A DNA stretch of 64,000 bases from an uncultured delta proteobacterium. GTDB lineage: Bacteria > Desulfobacterota > Desulfuromonadia > Geobacterales > DSM-12255. Shown piece by piece: positions 19,443 to 28,661 of this stretch (position 1 is its first letter; the number at the start of each line of letters is the position of its first letter). The stretch lies in assembly GCA_963787125.1 (NCBI GenBank), contig CAWBBV010000001.1:576001-640000 (forward strand). The letters are read 5' to 3'. A program made the translations under genes and the position numbers. The notes beneath the pieces are model-generated. The model was not told the DNA's origin. It made no database searches and saw only the letters and a program-made list of their open reading frames with translations.

Positions 19443-20579
19443 TTATTGAACTATTAATCGCTCCAGATCCCCGATCAGATCATCAACGTCCTCAAGTCCT
19501 ACCGAGAGCCGGACCAGCGTATCGCTGATCCCCCTGGCGGCTCGCTCTGCCGGCGGCATCGCCGCATGCGACATTTTAGCCGGGTAGGATATGATGCTCT
19601 CTACGCCGCCAAGACTCACCGCAAAAGCCGACAGTTCAACCCCCTCCAAAACTCGCTTGGTTAACTCATAACTCTCAAACTCGAAGGAGAGCACTGCGCC
19701 AGGCCCGGAGCTTTGCGCGGCGTGGATGAGATGCCCGGGATGAGACGCCAGGCCGGGGTAATACACCTTTGTCACTTCTGGCCGGCTTTCAAGCCAAGCG
19801 GCGATCTTTGCGGCACTTTTCTGGCTCTCTTCCATCCTGACTTTCAAGGTTTTCAAACCCCGCAGCGTCAACCAGCAGTCCTGTGGTCCGAGAATGGCGC
19901 CGAAGGCGTTCTGGACAAAACGGAGTCTCTGAGCCAGCTTCTCGTCTTTCACAACCGCAAAGCCGCAGACAACATCACTATGGCCGTTGATGAATTTGGT
20001 ACCGCTGTGGAGGACGATATCGCAACCAAGTTCAAGCGGTCTTTGCAGGTATGGGGTCATAAAGGTGCTGTCTACAAGGGTTAGTAGGCCGTGCTTGCGG
20101 GCGATTGCCGCTGCCCCTTGCAGATCGCTGATTTTCAGGAGCGGGTTTGAAGGTGATTCCAGGTAGAGCGCGACAGTTTCCGGCAGGATGGCAGCCTCAA
20201 TCGCTGCCAGCGAGGTTGCATCCACAAAGGTAACTTTCAGCCCCCACTGACTGAAAAGCCTGGTCAGCACTCTGAAGGCGCCGCCATACACGTCCTCACA
20301 GACCACCAGATGGTTGCCCGGAGCAAAAATCATCAATGCCGAAGAGATAGCTGCCATGCCGGAGCCGAAAGCACATGCGGCCGTGCCCCCCTCAAGATTG
20401 GCAACAACCTCTTCCAACGCTTCACGGGTCGGGTTGCCGGAGCGGGCATAATCATACTTGCCGAAGTGATCAACCGACTTCTGGGCAAAGGTTGATGTCT
20501 GGCATACCGGGATGGAAAGTGCTCCGGTTGCCGGGTCGATTGAATGGCTGCCGTGGATAAGCCTTGTAGAGAATTTCAT
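19443..20579 (-). CDS. metC: Cystathionine beta-lyase (Cys/Met PLP family)
   Basis: YARSGNPTR, HSGTKF (PLP Lys), SLGGVESIISYPAKMSHAAM, resembling Bacillus MetC/YjcJ. Confidence 0.82.
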   Translation of the reverse strand: MKFSTRLIHGSHSIDPATGALSIPVCQTSTFAQKSVDHFGKYDYARSGNPTREALEEVVANLEGGTAACAFGSGMAAISSALMIFAPGNHLVVCEDVYGGAFRVLTRLFSQWGLKVTFVDATSLAAIEAAILPETVALYLESPSNPLLKISDLQGAAAIARKHGLLTLVDSTFMTPYLQRPLELGCDIVLHSGTKFINGHSDVVCGFAVVKDEKLAQRLRFVQNAFGAILGPQDCWLTLRGLKTLKVRMEESQKSAAKIAAWLESRPEVTKVYYPGLASHPGHLIHAAQSSGPGAVLSFEFESYELTKRVLEGVELSAFAVSLGGVESIISYPAKMSHAAMPPAERAARGISDTLVRLSVGLEDVDDLIGDLERLIVQ

Positions 20580-21719
20580 CTACTCCTCCCTGAACGCCTG
20601 CTGCAGGTCTGCAATCAGGTCGTTGACGTTTTCTATGCCGACAGATAACCGCAGTAACCGGTTGTTGATCCCCATTTTATCCCTCTTTTCAGGCTCGATG
20701 TCGGCGTGGGTCTGCACTGCCGGGAAGGTCATCAGGGTCTCAACGCCGCCGAGACTTTCGGCAAAAGAGATCAGTTCTGTTTTGAGAAGCAGTTTTTCCA
20801 CCAGCTCCGGCGATGCTACTTCAAAGGAGACGACAGCGCCAAAACCATCGGCCTGTGTTTTCTGCAGGTTGTGCCCCACATGATTTGCTAGCCCGGGATA
20901 GTATACCTTTGTGACCTGTGCGTGCTTACCGAGCCACGTTGCTATGGCGAGTGCATTCTCTCCCTGCCGGTCAAGCCGTACTGCAAGGGTCTTCATGCCG
21001 CGGATTGTCAGCCAGGAGTCCTGGGGCCCGAGGATTGCGCCAGCTGCGTTCTGGTGAAAATAGACCCTCTCCGCGAGGGCGGGATCCTTGACCGTGACCA
21101 GTCCGCAGATTGTATCGTTATGACCGGAGAGATACTTGCTGCCGCTGTAGATGGCGATGTCTGCGCCGAGTTCAAGGGGCCTGAGCAGATACGGCGTGAG
21201 AAAAGTGTTGTCAACGATGAAGAGCAGCCCCTTTTCCTTGCAGAGTGTGGCGAGAGAACGAATATCGGTAACTTTCAACAGCGGGTTGGTAATGGATTCA
21301 ACAAAAAGCCCCTTGGTATTCTCTCTGATAGCGGCCTCAACCAGACTGTTATCGCTTGTGTCAACATAGGTGAATTCAAGGCCGAACTGCTGAAAAATCT
21401 GCTCAAAAAGCCGGTAGGTGCCGCCGTAAAGATCTTCGGTGACAATAATGTGATCGCCTTGTCTGAAAAGCAGCAGGAGACTGGTAATTGCTGCCATGCC
21501 GGATGAATAGGCGAATCCCCGTGCCGCGCCGTCCAGTCTGGCAATGCCGGCTTCAAGCGCCTGCCGCGTCGGGTTTCCTGAGCGGCTGTAATCATAGCCG
21601 GTACTCTGGCCCAGACCCGGATGGCGGAATGTTGCCGACTGGTAGATAGGCACAGACACCGCGCCCGTTCGTGTATCCCACTCAAGACCAATCTGGACTG
21701 CCTCTGTTGCAATATTCAT
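20580..21719 (-). CDS. metI: Cystathionine gamma-synthase / O-acetylhomoserine thiolyase
   Basis: TFRHPGLGQSTGYDYSRSGNPTR, YSGSKY, FPAVQTHADI, resembling Bacillus MetI/YjcI; GGAGG before ATG 21719. Confidence 0.82.
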   Translation of the reverse strand: MNIATEAVQIGLEWDTRTGAVSVPIYQSATFRHPGLGQSTGYDYSRSGNPTRQALEAGIARLDGAARGFAYSSGMAAITSLLLLFRQGDHIIVTEDLYGGTYRLFEQIFQQFGLEFTYVDTSDNSLVEAAIRENTKGLFVESITNPLLKVTDIRSLATLCKEKGLLFIVDNTFLTPYLLRPLELGADIAIYSGSKYLSGHNDTICGLVTVKDPALAERVYFHQNAAGAILGPQDSWLTIRGMKTLAVRLDRQGENALAIATWLGKHAQVTKVYYPGLANHVGHNLQKTQADGFGAVVSFEVASPELVEKLLLKTELISFAESLGGVETLMTFPAVQTHADIEPEKRDKMGINNRLLRLSVGIENVNDLIADLQQAFREE

Positions 21720-21730
21720 GAACAACCTCC

Positions 21731-21770
21731 AAAAAAATATTCCCCTTCCGGGGTGCGGAAGGGGAATATT
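21731..21770 (-). terminator. Riboswitch expression-platform terminator
   Basis: AATATTCCCCTTCCG...CGGAAGGGGAATATT followed by a T run, just before the metI RBS. Confidence 0.9.
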
Positions 21771-21790
21771 GTGAAAATAGTCCTCGCTCC

Positions 21791-21892
21791 CTTATCTCGC
21801 GCAACCTTGCGGTTTCGCAGGAATTGGCACCTTCCCCTTTGGGGAGGTTGCCGCGACGTCACAGGGCCTGTCCCTCAGTCGCTCTTGATAAG
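21791..21892 (-). ncRNA. SAM-I (S-box) riboswitch
   Basis: Minus strand CTTATCAAGAG-CGACTGAGGGACAGGCCCTGTGACGTCG-CGGCAACC...GGTGCCAATTCC...GAGATAAG has the P1-P4 signatures; lies upstream of Met genes. Confidence 0.96.
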
Positions 21893-21907
21893 AAAATATG
21901 TAGTGTT

Positions 21908-21936
21908 AACCTATACAACGGGTCAAGAAATGTCAA
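21908..21936 (-). promoter_or_regulatory. sigma70 promoter of the S-box/metIC leader
   Basis: TTGACA-N17-TAGGTT; predicted TSS about 10 nt before the aptamer. Confidence 0.7.
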
Positions 21937-22097
21937 GCTGTTTTATACTGTTTTACTAGGGAATCTGTTTCCTTGCCCCATGGAGATTTTCTTTCATGCT
22001 TGACGTTGAACAAGGGTATCGTAAAAATAGTGGAATTTAAGTTTAACGCGTAGTAGTAATTATGCTGCAACTGGCGTCACTATCAGCATCAGGCAAG

Positions 22098-22130
22098 AAA
22101 AAAGGGCTAGCCAATGTTGGCTAACCCTTT
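22098..22130 (-). terminator. Terminator downstream of tRNA-Gln
   Basis: AAAGGGTTAGCC...GGCTAGCCCTTT followed by a T run on the minus strand. Confidence 0.8.
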
Positions 22131-22138
22131 GAAAAGAC

Positions 22139-22212
22139 TGGCTGGGGTGCGAGGATTCGAACCTCGGATAACGGAGTCAGAGTCCGTTGCCTTACCGCTT
22201 GGCGACACCCCA
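22139..22212 (-). tRNA. tRNA-Gln (anticodon CTG)
   Basis: TGGGGTGTCGCCAAGCGGTAAGGCAACGGACTCTGACTCCGTTATCCGAGGTTCGAATCCTCGCACCCCAGCCA: cloverleaf, TTCGA T-loop, encoded CCA. Confidence 0.97.
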
Positions 22213-22224
22213 AAAAGAAAACAG

Positions 22225-22253
22225 TGTATAGCAGATAGTCGCCCCCTTTTCAA
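22225..22253 (-). promoter_or_regulatory. Putative tRNA promoter
   Basis: TTGAAA-N17-TATACA with an extended TG. Confidence 0.55.
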
Positions 22254-22272
22254 GCATTAACGCAAGATGCTT

Positions 22273-23097
22273 TTACATTAGGGTACTGTGCAGAAGCTCT
22301 TTGTAAATATTTCTGGGTTCAGGCAGGCCGTTGATGACTGACAGGTATGTCAAATGCAAATGTGATGGAGACCTTCGCTTCCAGGCATTTAATCCTGTTC
22401 TGCCTACCTCGGCAATACTATCCCCGGGTTTAACCAGATCGCCGATTTCGACAAGTAAGGTGCTGTTATGGGCGTAATATGTCAGGGCATCTGCTGTCGG
22501 GTCATATATCCAGAGGTATTTCCCCCCGCGCAAGGTGCTCGAAACATCCCAGCCATTTTCCCTGGCGACAACTACACCACCGGTGAGTGACAGTACCCTT
22601 ACAGGTTTTTGGGATACGTCATCGATACTGACCTGCTTTTTATCCCGTATAAAAATATCCTGTGAGGGGTGTCCGCTATGGCTGTTGCCGTCAAAATAGT
22701 TGTACCCACCCCTTTGATAGCCGTTTCCTCTGATTCCACCGATTGCTTTATACCCGTACCCCTGTAAAGGGAACACCCAATCGCTAACAGAATAGTCATC
22801 GCCGCCTGCAGCGTAATATTCTTTTCTGATTGCCCCGATCAATTTTCTGAACTGAACTTTTGCCGCCGGCTTTTTGATGGACCTGTCTCTGATGCTGGTA
22901 TTCAGCACATTGAATTCAGTACACAATACTAGTAATTTAGCAGGCGCTCCGGTCGCGTGTCCTACAGTGACTAAACTCACTATCATAATTACAGCGAGAG
23001 TCATTGGCAGCAAGATCTTGAAAATGATTTCGATTCTCCTTGACTTTTTAGCAGTGCATTTTCTTCCAGACAGATAAAAAGCTGCCGACTGCGCCAA
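22273..23097 (-). CDS. M23-family metallopeptidase
   Basis: HPSQD (HxxxD), YYAH, VGRTG, HLH motifs; the true start may be ATG 23004 (signal-like MTLAVIMIVS...). Confidence 0.85.
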   Translation of the reverse strand: MAQSAAFYLSGRKCTAKKSRRIEIIFKILLPMTLAVIMIVSLVTVGHATGAPAKLLVLCTEFNVLNTSIRDRSIKKPAAKVQFRKLIGAIRKEYYAAGGDDYSVSDWVFPLQGYGYKAIGGIRGNGYQRGGYNYFDGNSHSGHPSQDIFIRDKKQVSIDDVSQKPVRVLSLTGGVVVARENGWDVSSTLRGGKYLWIYDPTADALTYYAHNSTLLVEIGDLVKPGDSIAEVGRTGLNAWKRRSPSHLHLTYLSVINGLPEPRNIYKELLHSTLM

Positions 23098-23102
23098 CTG
23101 AA

Positions 23103-23534
23103 TTAATCGGTCTTTTGAATGTTTTGTAACTGCCTGAATACGGTCATGGCGTATTTGTCCCTCTTGCTGGGGGTCTGGCTGTTATAGCAACCGATGGCTT
23201 CCCAGGAGTAACCATATTTTTTCATGCAAGCGGATAATATCCTGGCTCCACCTTTAATATTGCTGCATGGGTCGCCGAGAGTCATCCACCAATCTTTTCC
23301 CAAGGTATAGTACCAGCTTGAATTGATCTGCATGACACCAAAATCGTAGGTGCCGTTTTTGTTCCAGTTGACTGCTCTGGGGTCGAAGTTGGATTCAACC
23401 TTGGCAATGGCTTTCAATATCTGGGGGTTTATGCTGTATTCAACCCCTGCTTCTTGAAAACAAAGCTCTTCTGCTCTTACAGCAGTTGCCACAAGTAGAA
23501 ATGTCATTATGCAAAACAACTTGAACTTGATCAC
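23103..23534 (-). CDS. Soluble lytic transglycosylase (SLT, IagB/EtgA-like)
   Basis: Signal peptide; AIAKVES (catalytic Glu), GVMQIN, GCYNS. Confidence 0.92.
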   Translation of the reverse strand: MIKFKLFCIMTFLLVATAVRAEELCFQEAGVEYSINPQILKAIAKVESNFDPRAVNWNKNGTYDFGVMQINSSWYYTLGKDWWMTLGDPCSNIKGGARILSACMKKYGYSWEAIGCYNSQTPSKRDKYAMTVFRQLQNIQKTD

Positions 23535-23620
23535 GATTTTGGTCCCGGATGTTTACAAAAAGTGTAAAATTTCAATACGCGTCATTCTACCATGTATGAA
23601 TAATTCAAATGAGTAAAAAT

Positions 23621-23657
23621 GAAAAGCCCCACTAAATTTATCAGTGGGGCTTCTTTT
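23621..23657. terminator. Intrinsic terminator with no annotated upstream gene
   Basis: AAGCCCCACT-N9-AGTGGGGCTT, T-rich on both sides. Confidence 0.85.
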
Positions 23658-23720
23658 AAGTTCAAGCTAGGATACCTTTTCAAGGTCTTTTCCGGCTCTT
23701 TATGCCTCCGGAGCATTGTT

Positions 23721-23774
23721 TCAACTCTCTGTATCCAAACTACCCAAAATACCTGGTGGAGTGCTATCAGTCAT
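23721..23774 (-). other. Candidate micro-ORF MTDSTPPGILGSLDTES, or part of an sRNA
   Basis: Strong SD AAGGAGGGG just before ATG 23774; terminator about 65 nt downstream. Confidence 0.3.
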
Positions 23775-24077
23775 GTTCCCCTCCTTGGTCAGTTTCTACA
23801 TCCTGCTTCTGTCTAAACAGTAACATCTGTTGCGTGAAAATACAGTCTGTTTAAAATATTTTTATCGGAGTATATTTTAAAGGTTAAATAAAGAACGATC
23901 TTGCTGCGCATCCTCGCTTGGAAGCCACCCTGCCAGCGTTACTCTCTCCCCGGTTACCGATAATATGCCAACTATGCAGAGTGGGAAAGAGCGCTGCTAA
24001 TTCAATCTAGCCAAAGAGTTATGCTTCATGTAGATATATTCCATGCAGATATATGAATTCTATCGGGAGTTTTTAAA

Positions 24078-27000
24078 TTGACCGATTTTGTTAAACAACT
24101 TGCCGCCGTAGCCGCCTGCCTGAAAAAAAATGATAAAAAAACTATCCTTACGGGGCTTACCGGTTCATCGGCAGCATTTCTTCTTACCCGTCTCCTGGCA
24201 GAGTCCACTGAGCTTTTCATTGCTGTCACTGCCGACAGCGATGCCGCTGAAGAGCTTTTTCGGGAACTGCGCTTTTATGCCGAAAAGCCGGAAGAGATTC
24301 TCCATTTCCCCGCCTGGGATGTAACCCCCCTTGATGCCGTCTCGCCCCACAGCAATATTACCGGGGAACGGCTGAACACGCTCTTCAGGCTAATGGGTGG
24401 TGGTGTCAGGGTGGTTGTCACCCCTTATGCTGCTGCAGTTCAGAAAGTTCTTCCCCGCCAGACACTCGGCGATCTCTCCCAGTATCTTGTCGCCGGCGAA
24501 GAGGTTGCTTATGATGATCTCCTGGGGAAACTGGTGAAGCTCGGCTATTCACCGGTGCCGCTGGTTGAGGATCGCGGAGGATTTTCCGCCCGGGGGGGGA
24601 TTCTTGACATCTTCCCGCCGAATCTTTTGCATCCCGTCCGGATTGAGTTTTTCGGGGATTTTGTCGAGACGATCAGAACCTTCGATCCGCTGACACAACG
24701 CTCGCTTCATCCCATGGAAGAGTTGGTACTTCTCCCTTCCAGAGAAGTGATTCTGGCTCCGGAAGTTATGAAAGAGTTCACCGGTCGCTTGAAACGCCTC
24801 TGCGATGATATCGATATACCGGTTCCCCGCCGCAGGGAACTTGTAGAACAGCTCAACTCATCAATATACCCGCCAGGGATCGAGAATCTTCTGCCGCTTT
24901 TCCACGGACCGCTGGAGACTCTTTTCGATTACGCCGGAAGTGCGGCAGTGTCGGTGCTTTTGGATCCTGATCTGATTGCCGAGGCCCGTCAGGAGTGGCT
25001 CTACGAATTAGATAAGAATCGCAACAGCTCCCTTGAGCAGGAGCGAGTCATCTGCGAAGCGGCCCAGCAGTTTCTGGTTGGCGCTGCCGGGCTTGCGGAA
25101 AACTTTCCCGGTCGCCATCTTCATCTCCCCAGGTTGGAACTGCTCAGCAGTACGCCAGGGACAAGCTTCAATTTTGCCGTTGAGCAGAACAGCGACCTGA
25201 AACTCTTGGTGACTCCCGATGGTGAAGGGGTTATGAAGCCGCTTGCAGAGAGGCTCTCAGGGTGGTTAAAGTCTGAGATGAGGATCTTCATCCCCTGCCA
25301 TCAACGTGGTCAGGCCGAGCGGCTGATCTCCCTGCTGGAGCATTACAAGCTGCCGCTGAAAATAGTTGAGCGCAGCTTTGCGGCCGAGCATTTCAGGCGG
25401 GACGGCGGTATTTCCCTGCTGATCGGTGAGATTTCGCGGGGTTTCCGTCTCCAGGCTGCAGGCGTAGCCGTTGTCTCTGAAGAGGAGCTGTTCGGCAAAC
25501 GCGTCCGCCGCCGCGGCGTTTCCGAGATGAAGAAGAAGCAGATCCTGACTTCGCTGGCAGAGCTGAAAGTCGGCGATTATATGGTGCACCTTGACTTCGG
25601 GGTCGGGGCATATCGTGGCCTTGAGCATATTGAGCTCTCCGGCGTTGCCGGCGATTTCATCCTGCTTGAGTACGCCGGTGGCGACAGGCTTTATCTGCCG
25701 GTTGACAGGATGGCGCTGGTGCAGCGCTATGTGGGGGCGGAGGGGCTTGAACCGCGGGTTGACCGGCTTGGTGGCGTTGCCTGGGATAAGGCCAAGGCTA
25801 AGGCGCGTGAAACGGTTGAGGAGATGGCAGTCGAGCTGCTGGAGATATACGCAGCCCGTCAGGTGGAAAAAGGCTTTGCCTTTTCGCCGCCGGACGATCT
25901 TTATCGTGAATTTGAAGCAGCCTTTGCCTGGGACGAAACCCCGGATCAGCTTTCGGCAATTGATGATGTGCTCCAGGATATGATGAGTGAACGACCCATG
26001 GATCGGCTTGTTTGCGGCGATGTCGGTTACGGCAAGACGGAAGTTGCCATCCGGGCCGCGTTCAAGTCGGTTATGGATGGCAGACAGGTAGCGGTGCTGG
26101 TGCCGACGACCATTCTGGCTCAGCAGCACTTTGAATCTTTCCGGGAACGTTTCAAGGATTATCCGGTCACAGTTGAAATGCTCTCCCGCTTCCGTAGCCC
26201 GAAAGAGCAGAAGATTATTCTGGAAGATCTGGCCAAAGGGAAAGTTGACGTTATTATCGGGACCCACCGGTTGTTGCAGAAGGATGTTGAATTCAGGGAG
26301 CTGGGACTTCTGGTCGTGGATGAAGAGCAGCGTTTCGGCGTTGTCCACAAGGAGAGGCTGAAAAAATTCCGGGCCACTGTCGACATTATGACCCTGACCG
26401 CCACACCGATTCCCCGGACCCTGTACATGTCCATGATGGGGGTCAGGGATCTCTCCATTATTGATACCCCTCCGGTGGATCGCCTCGCTATCAAGACCTT
26501 TGTCGCCCGCTTCAATGAGGAGCTTATTCGCGAGGCGGTCATGCGGGAGCTGCGGCGGGGCGGGCAGGTTTTTTTCGTCCACAACCGGGTACAGTCCATC
26601 GGGGTCATGGCCGAGCATCTGGCACGAATCGTACCGGAAGCGAAAATCGCCGTTGCCCACGGCCAGATGAAGGAAGGGGAGCTGGAAAAGGTGATGCTCG
26701 GATTCATGCACGCTGAGACCAACATCCTTCTCTGCACCACCATTATTGAGTCAGGACTCGATATTCCCAGCGCGAATACCCTGATTGTCAACCGCGCCGA
26801 TGCTTTCGGGCTTGCCCAGCTGTATCAGCTGAGAGGCAGGGTCGGTCGTTCCAAAGTCCGGGCCTTTGCCTACTTTCTCATTCCGGCTGAAGGGGCAATC
26901 GCTCCTGATTCAAGGGAACGGTTGAAAATTCTCCAGGATATATCGGAGCTTGGCGCCGGTTTCAGGATAGCCACCCACGACCTGGAGATCAGGGGGGCAG

Positions 27001-27557
27001 GCGATATTCTCGGCGCAAAGCAGTCCGGCCAGATTGCGGCTGTCGGCTTTGAGCTCTTTACCGAACTTCTGGAAGAGACTATTCAGCGGTTGAAGGGAGA
27101 GGGGACGACCGAGCGGGTTGAGCCGGAAATCAAGCTGCGTGTGCCGGCGTTTATCCCGGAGGATTTTGTCAAGGATGCCAATCAACGACTGGTTCTCTAT
27201 AAAAAACTGACCCAGGTGATTTCTGAAGAAGAGGTTGTTGATATCCGGGCAGAGCTTGTTGACCGGTACGGCAAGCCGCCGCTGGCCGTGGAATACCTGC
27301 TGGAACTGATGAAACTGCGTCTGCTTTTCAAGAAATTCCTTATCCTTGAGGCCGAGTTTGACGGCAAGAGACTCACATTCGCGTTCCACGAAAAGACCCC
27401 CGTTTCTCCTGATCTGATCATCGCCCTGATCAGGAGTCAGCCGAAGAAATACCAACTCACTCCGGACTTCAGGCTGATTGCCGAGCTGACGGACACCAGC
27501 TTTGACGGAGTGCTGCTGGAATCCAGAAATCTCTTGAAAAAACTGGGGGGTGTATGA
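24078..27557 (+). CDS. mfd: Transcription-repair coupling factor
   Basis: RGGILDIFP, CGDVGYGKTEVA, DEEQRFGV, TATPIPRTL, QLRGRVGRS, TRCF C-terminus. Confidence 0.97.
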   Translation: MTDFVKQLAAVAACLKKNDKKTILTGLTGSSAAFLLTRLLAESTELFIAVTADSDAAEELFRELRFYAEKPEEILHFPAWDVTPLDAVSPHSNITGERLNTLFRLMGGGVRVVVTPYAAAVQKVLPRQTLGDLSQYLVAGEEVAYDDLLGKLVKLGYSPVPLVEDRGGFSARGGILDIFPPNLLHPVRIEFFGDFVETIRTFDPLTQRSLHPMEELVLLPSREVILAPEVMKEFTGRLKRLCDDIDIPVPRRRELVEQLNSSIYPPGIENLLPLFHGPLETLFDYAGSAAVSVLLDPDLIAEARQEWLYELDKNRNSSLEQERVICEAAQQFLVGAAGLAENFPGRHLHLPRLELLSSTPGTSFNFAVEQNSDLKLLVTPDGEGVMKPLAERLSGWLKSEMRIFIPCHQRGQAERLISLLEHYKLPLKIVERSFAAEHFRRDGGISLLIGEISRGFRLQAAGVAVVSEEELFGKRVRRRGVSEMKKKQILTSLAELKVGDYMVHLDFGVGAYRGLEHIELSGVAGDFILLEYAGGDRLYLPVDRMALVQRYVGAEGLEPRVDRLGGVAWDKAKAKARETVEEMAVELLEIYAARQVEKGFAFSPPDDLYREFEAAFAWDETPDQLSAIDDVLQDMMSERPMDRLVCGDVGYGKTEVAIRAAFKSVMDGRQVAVLVPTTILAQQHFESFRERFKDYPVTVEMLSRFRSPKEQKIILEDLAKGKVDVIIGTHRLLQKDVEFRELGLLVVDEEQRFGVVHKERLKKFRATVDIMTLTATPIPRTLYMSMMGVRDLSIIDTPPVDRLAIKTFVARFNEELIREAVMRELRRGGQVFFVHNRVQSIGVMAEHLARIVPEAKIAVAHGQMKEGELEKVMLGFMHAETNILLCTTIIESGLDIPSANTLIVNRADAFGLAQLYQLRGRVGRSKVRAFAYFLIPAEGAIAPDSRERLKILQDISELGAGFRIATHDLEIRGAGDILGAKQSGQIAAVGFELFTELLEETIQRLKGEGTTERVEPEIKLRVPAFIPEDFVKDANQRLVLYKKLTQVISEEEVVDIRAELVDRYGKPPLAVEYLLELMKLRLLFKKFLILEAEFDGKRLTFAFHEKTPVSPDLIIALIRSQPKKYQLTPDFRLIAELTDTSFDGVLLESRNLLKKLGGV

Positions 27558-27615
27558 TAGTTTCCGGAGGGTTTTACACAAATTTGGTGACTACAAAAAA
27601 TCAAGGAGATCAACT

Positions 27616-28593
27616 GTGACAAGACAGTCTGTAATAAAATCTGCGGCAGCTGCTGTATGTATTCTGGCTCTTTTCGGCTGCAACGGCAAGAAAGAGAGTG
27701 ATGTTAAAAAAGAGAGCAAGCCGTCAGGGCCAGTCCTTGCGGAGGTTGGCGGGACGACCATTACTGTTGAATCGTTTAAGAAAGAGATGGAAACTCTCCC
27801 CCCATACCTTAAGCCGATGACTGAGACGGCTGAAGGTAAAAAGGAGATGCTGGAGACCATGATCATTCGTGAGCTGATCCTCCAGGAGGCTTCCAAGGAC
27901 GGCATTGAGAATACTCCTGCTGTCAAAGAAAAGCTGGATGAGCTGAAAAAACGCCTCGTTGTCGAAGCGTATCTGAAGAAAAAAGTTGAAGAGCAGGCCA
28001 AGGTTTCTGATGAAGATCTGAAGAAGTTTTATGATCAGAACAAGGATAAATTCAAGACCGGCGATCAGGTGAAGGCAAGCCACATCCTCGTGAAGACAGA
28101 GAAAGAAGCAAAAGATGTTCTTGCCCAGCTCAAAGGCGGCGGCAACTTTGAAGAGCTTGCCAAGAAACTCTCTACCGATGGCGCAGCTGCCAAAGGTGGC
28201 GATCTCGGCTGGTTCGGCAAAGGCTCCATGATCCCTGAATTTGAAAAAGTAGTCTTTGCCATGAAAGAGAATCAGACCTCTGACGTCGTCAAGACAAAGT
28301 TCGGCTTTCATATCATAAAGCTGACCGGCAAACGGCCTGCTGGTGAACGCAGCTTCGAGGATGTCAAGGAGCAGATCAAGTCATCGATGCTGCCGGGCAA
28401 GCAGCAGGAAGTGTTTCAGAAATTGAAAGAAGATCTGAAGAAGAGCGGCAAGTACACGATCAAGGAAGATGTACTGAAAGGCCTTGGCGGCGCAGCTTCT
28501 CCTGAATCAAAAGAGCCCAAACCTGACGCGAAAGCGCTTCCGTCCCAGCCGCCTGCACCTGTTGCCCCAAAGGCGCCGGAAACTAAAAAGTAA
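27616..28593 (+). CDS. PpiC/PrsA-type peptidyl-prolyl isomerase lipoprotein
   Basis: AGGAG + GTG 27616; lipobox LFGC; ASHILV, GGDLGWF, FGFHIIK. Confidence 0.92.
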   Translation: MTRQSVIKSAAAAVCILALFGCNGKKESDVKKESKPSGPVLAEVGGTTITVESFKKEMETLPPYLKPMTETAEGKKEMLETMIIRELILQEASKDGIENTPAVKEKLDELKKRLVVEAYLKKKVEEQAKVSDEDLKKFYDQNKDKFKTGDQVKASHILVKTEKEAKDVLAQLKGGGNFEELAKKLSTDGAAAKGGDLGWFGKGSMIPEFEKVVFAMKENQTSDVVKTKFGFHIIKLTGKRPAGERSFEDVKEQIKSSMLPGKQQEVFQKLKEDLKKSGKYTIKEDVLKGLGGAASPESKEPKPDAKALPSQPPAPVAPKAPETKK

Positions 28594-28618
28594 CTTTGAC
28601 AGAGTTTCAAGTTTGACG

Positions 28619-28647
28619 AGGCCGGGTACCCCCCGGCCTTTATTTAT
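28619..28647 (+). terminator. Hairpin/terminator after ppiC
   Basis: AGGCCGGG-taccc-CCCGGCCT followed by TTATTT. Confidence 0.65.
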
Positions 28648-28661
28648 TAAGGGTTATAACC

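Noticed and set aside
22139..22165. tRNA-Gln 3' end as an integration site
   Set aside because: No duplicated tRNA 3' fragment or integrase seen; the terminator follows directly.
23619..23816. 65-aa plus-strand ORF
   Set aside because: Starts within the terminator hairpin and has no RBS; the signals favour the minus strand.
23895..23965. GGTTACCGA resembling the 3' end of a GEMM-I (c-di-GMP/cGAMP) riboswitch
   Set aside because: The AAAC...GNRA...GACG.AAAGC core is absent.
25266..26711. 481-aa minus-strand ORF
   Set aside because: Antisense to the conserved mfd helicase core; typical codon-bias shadow.
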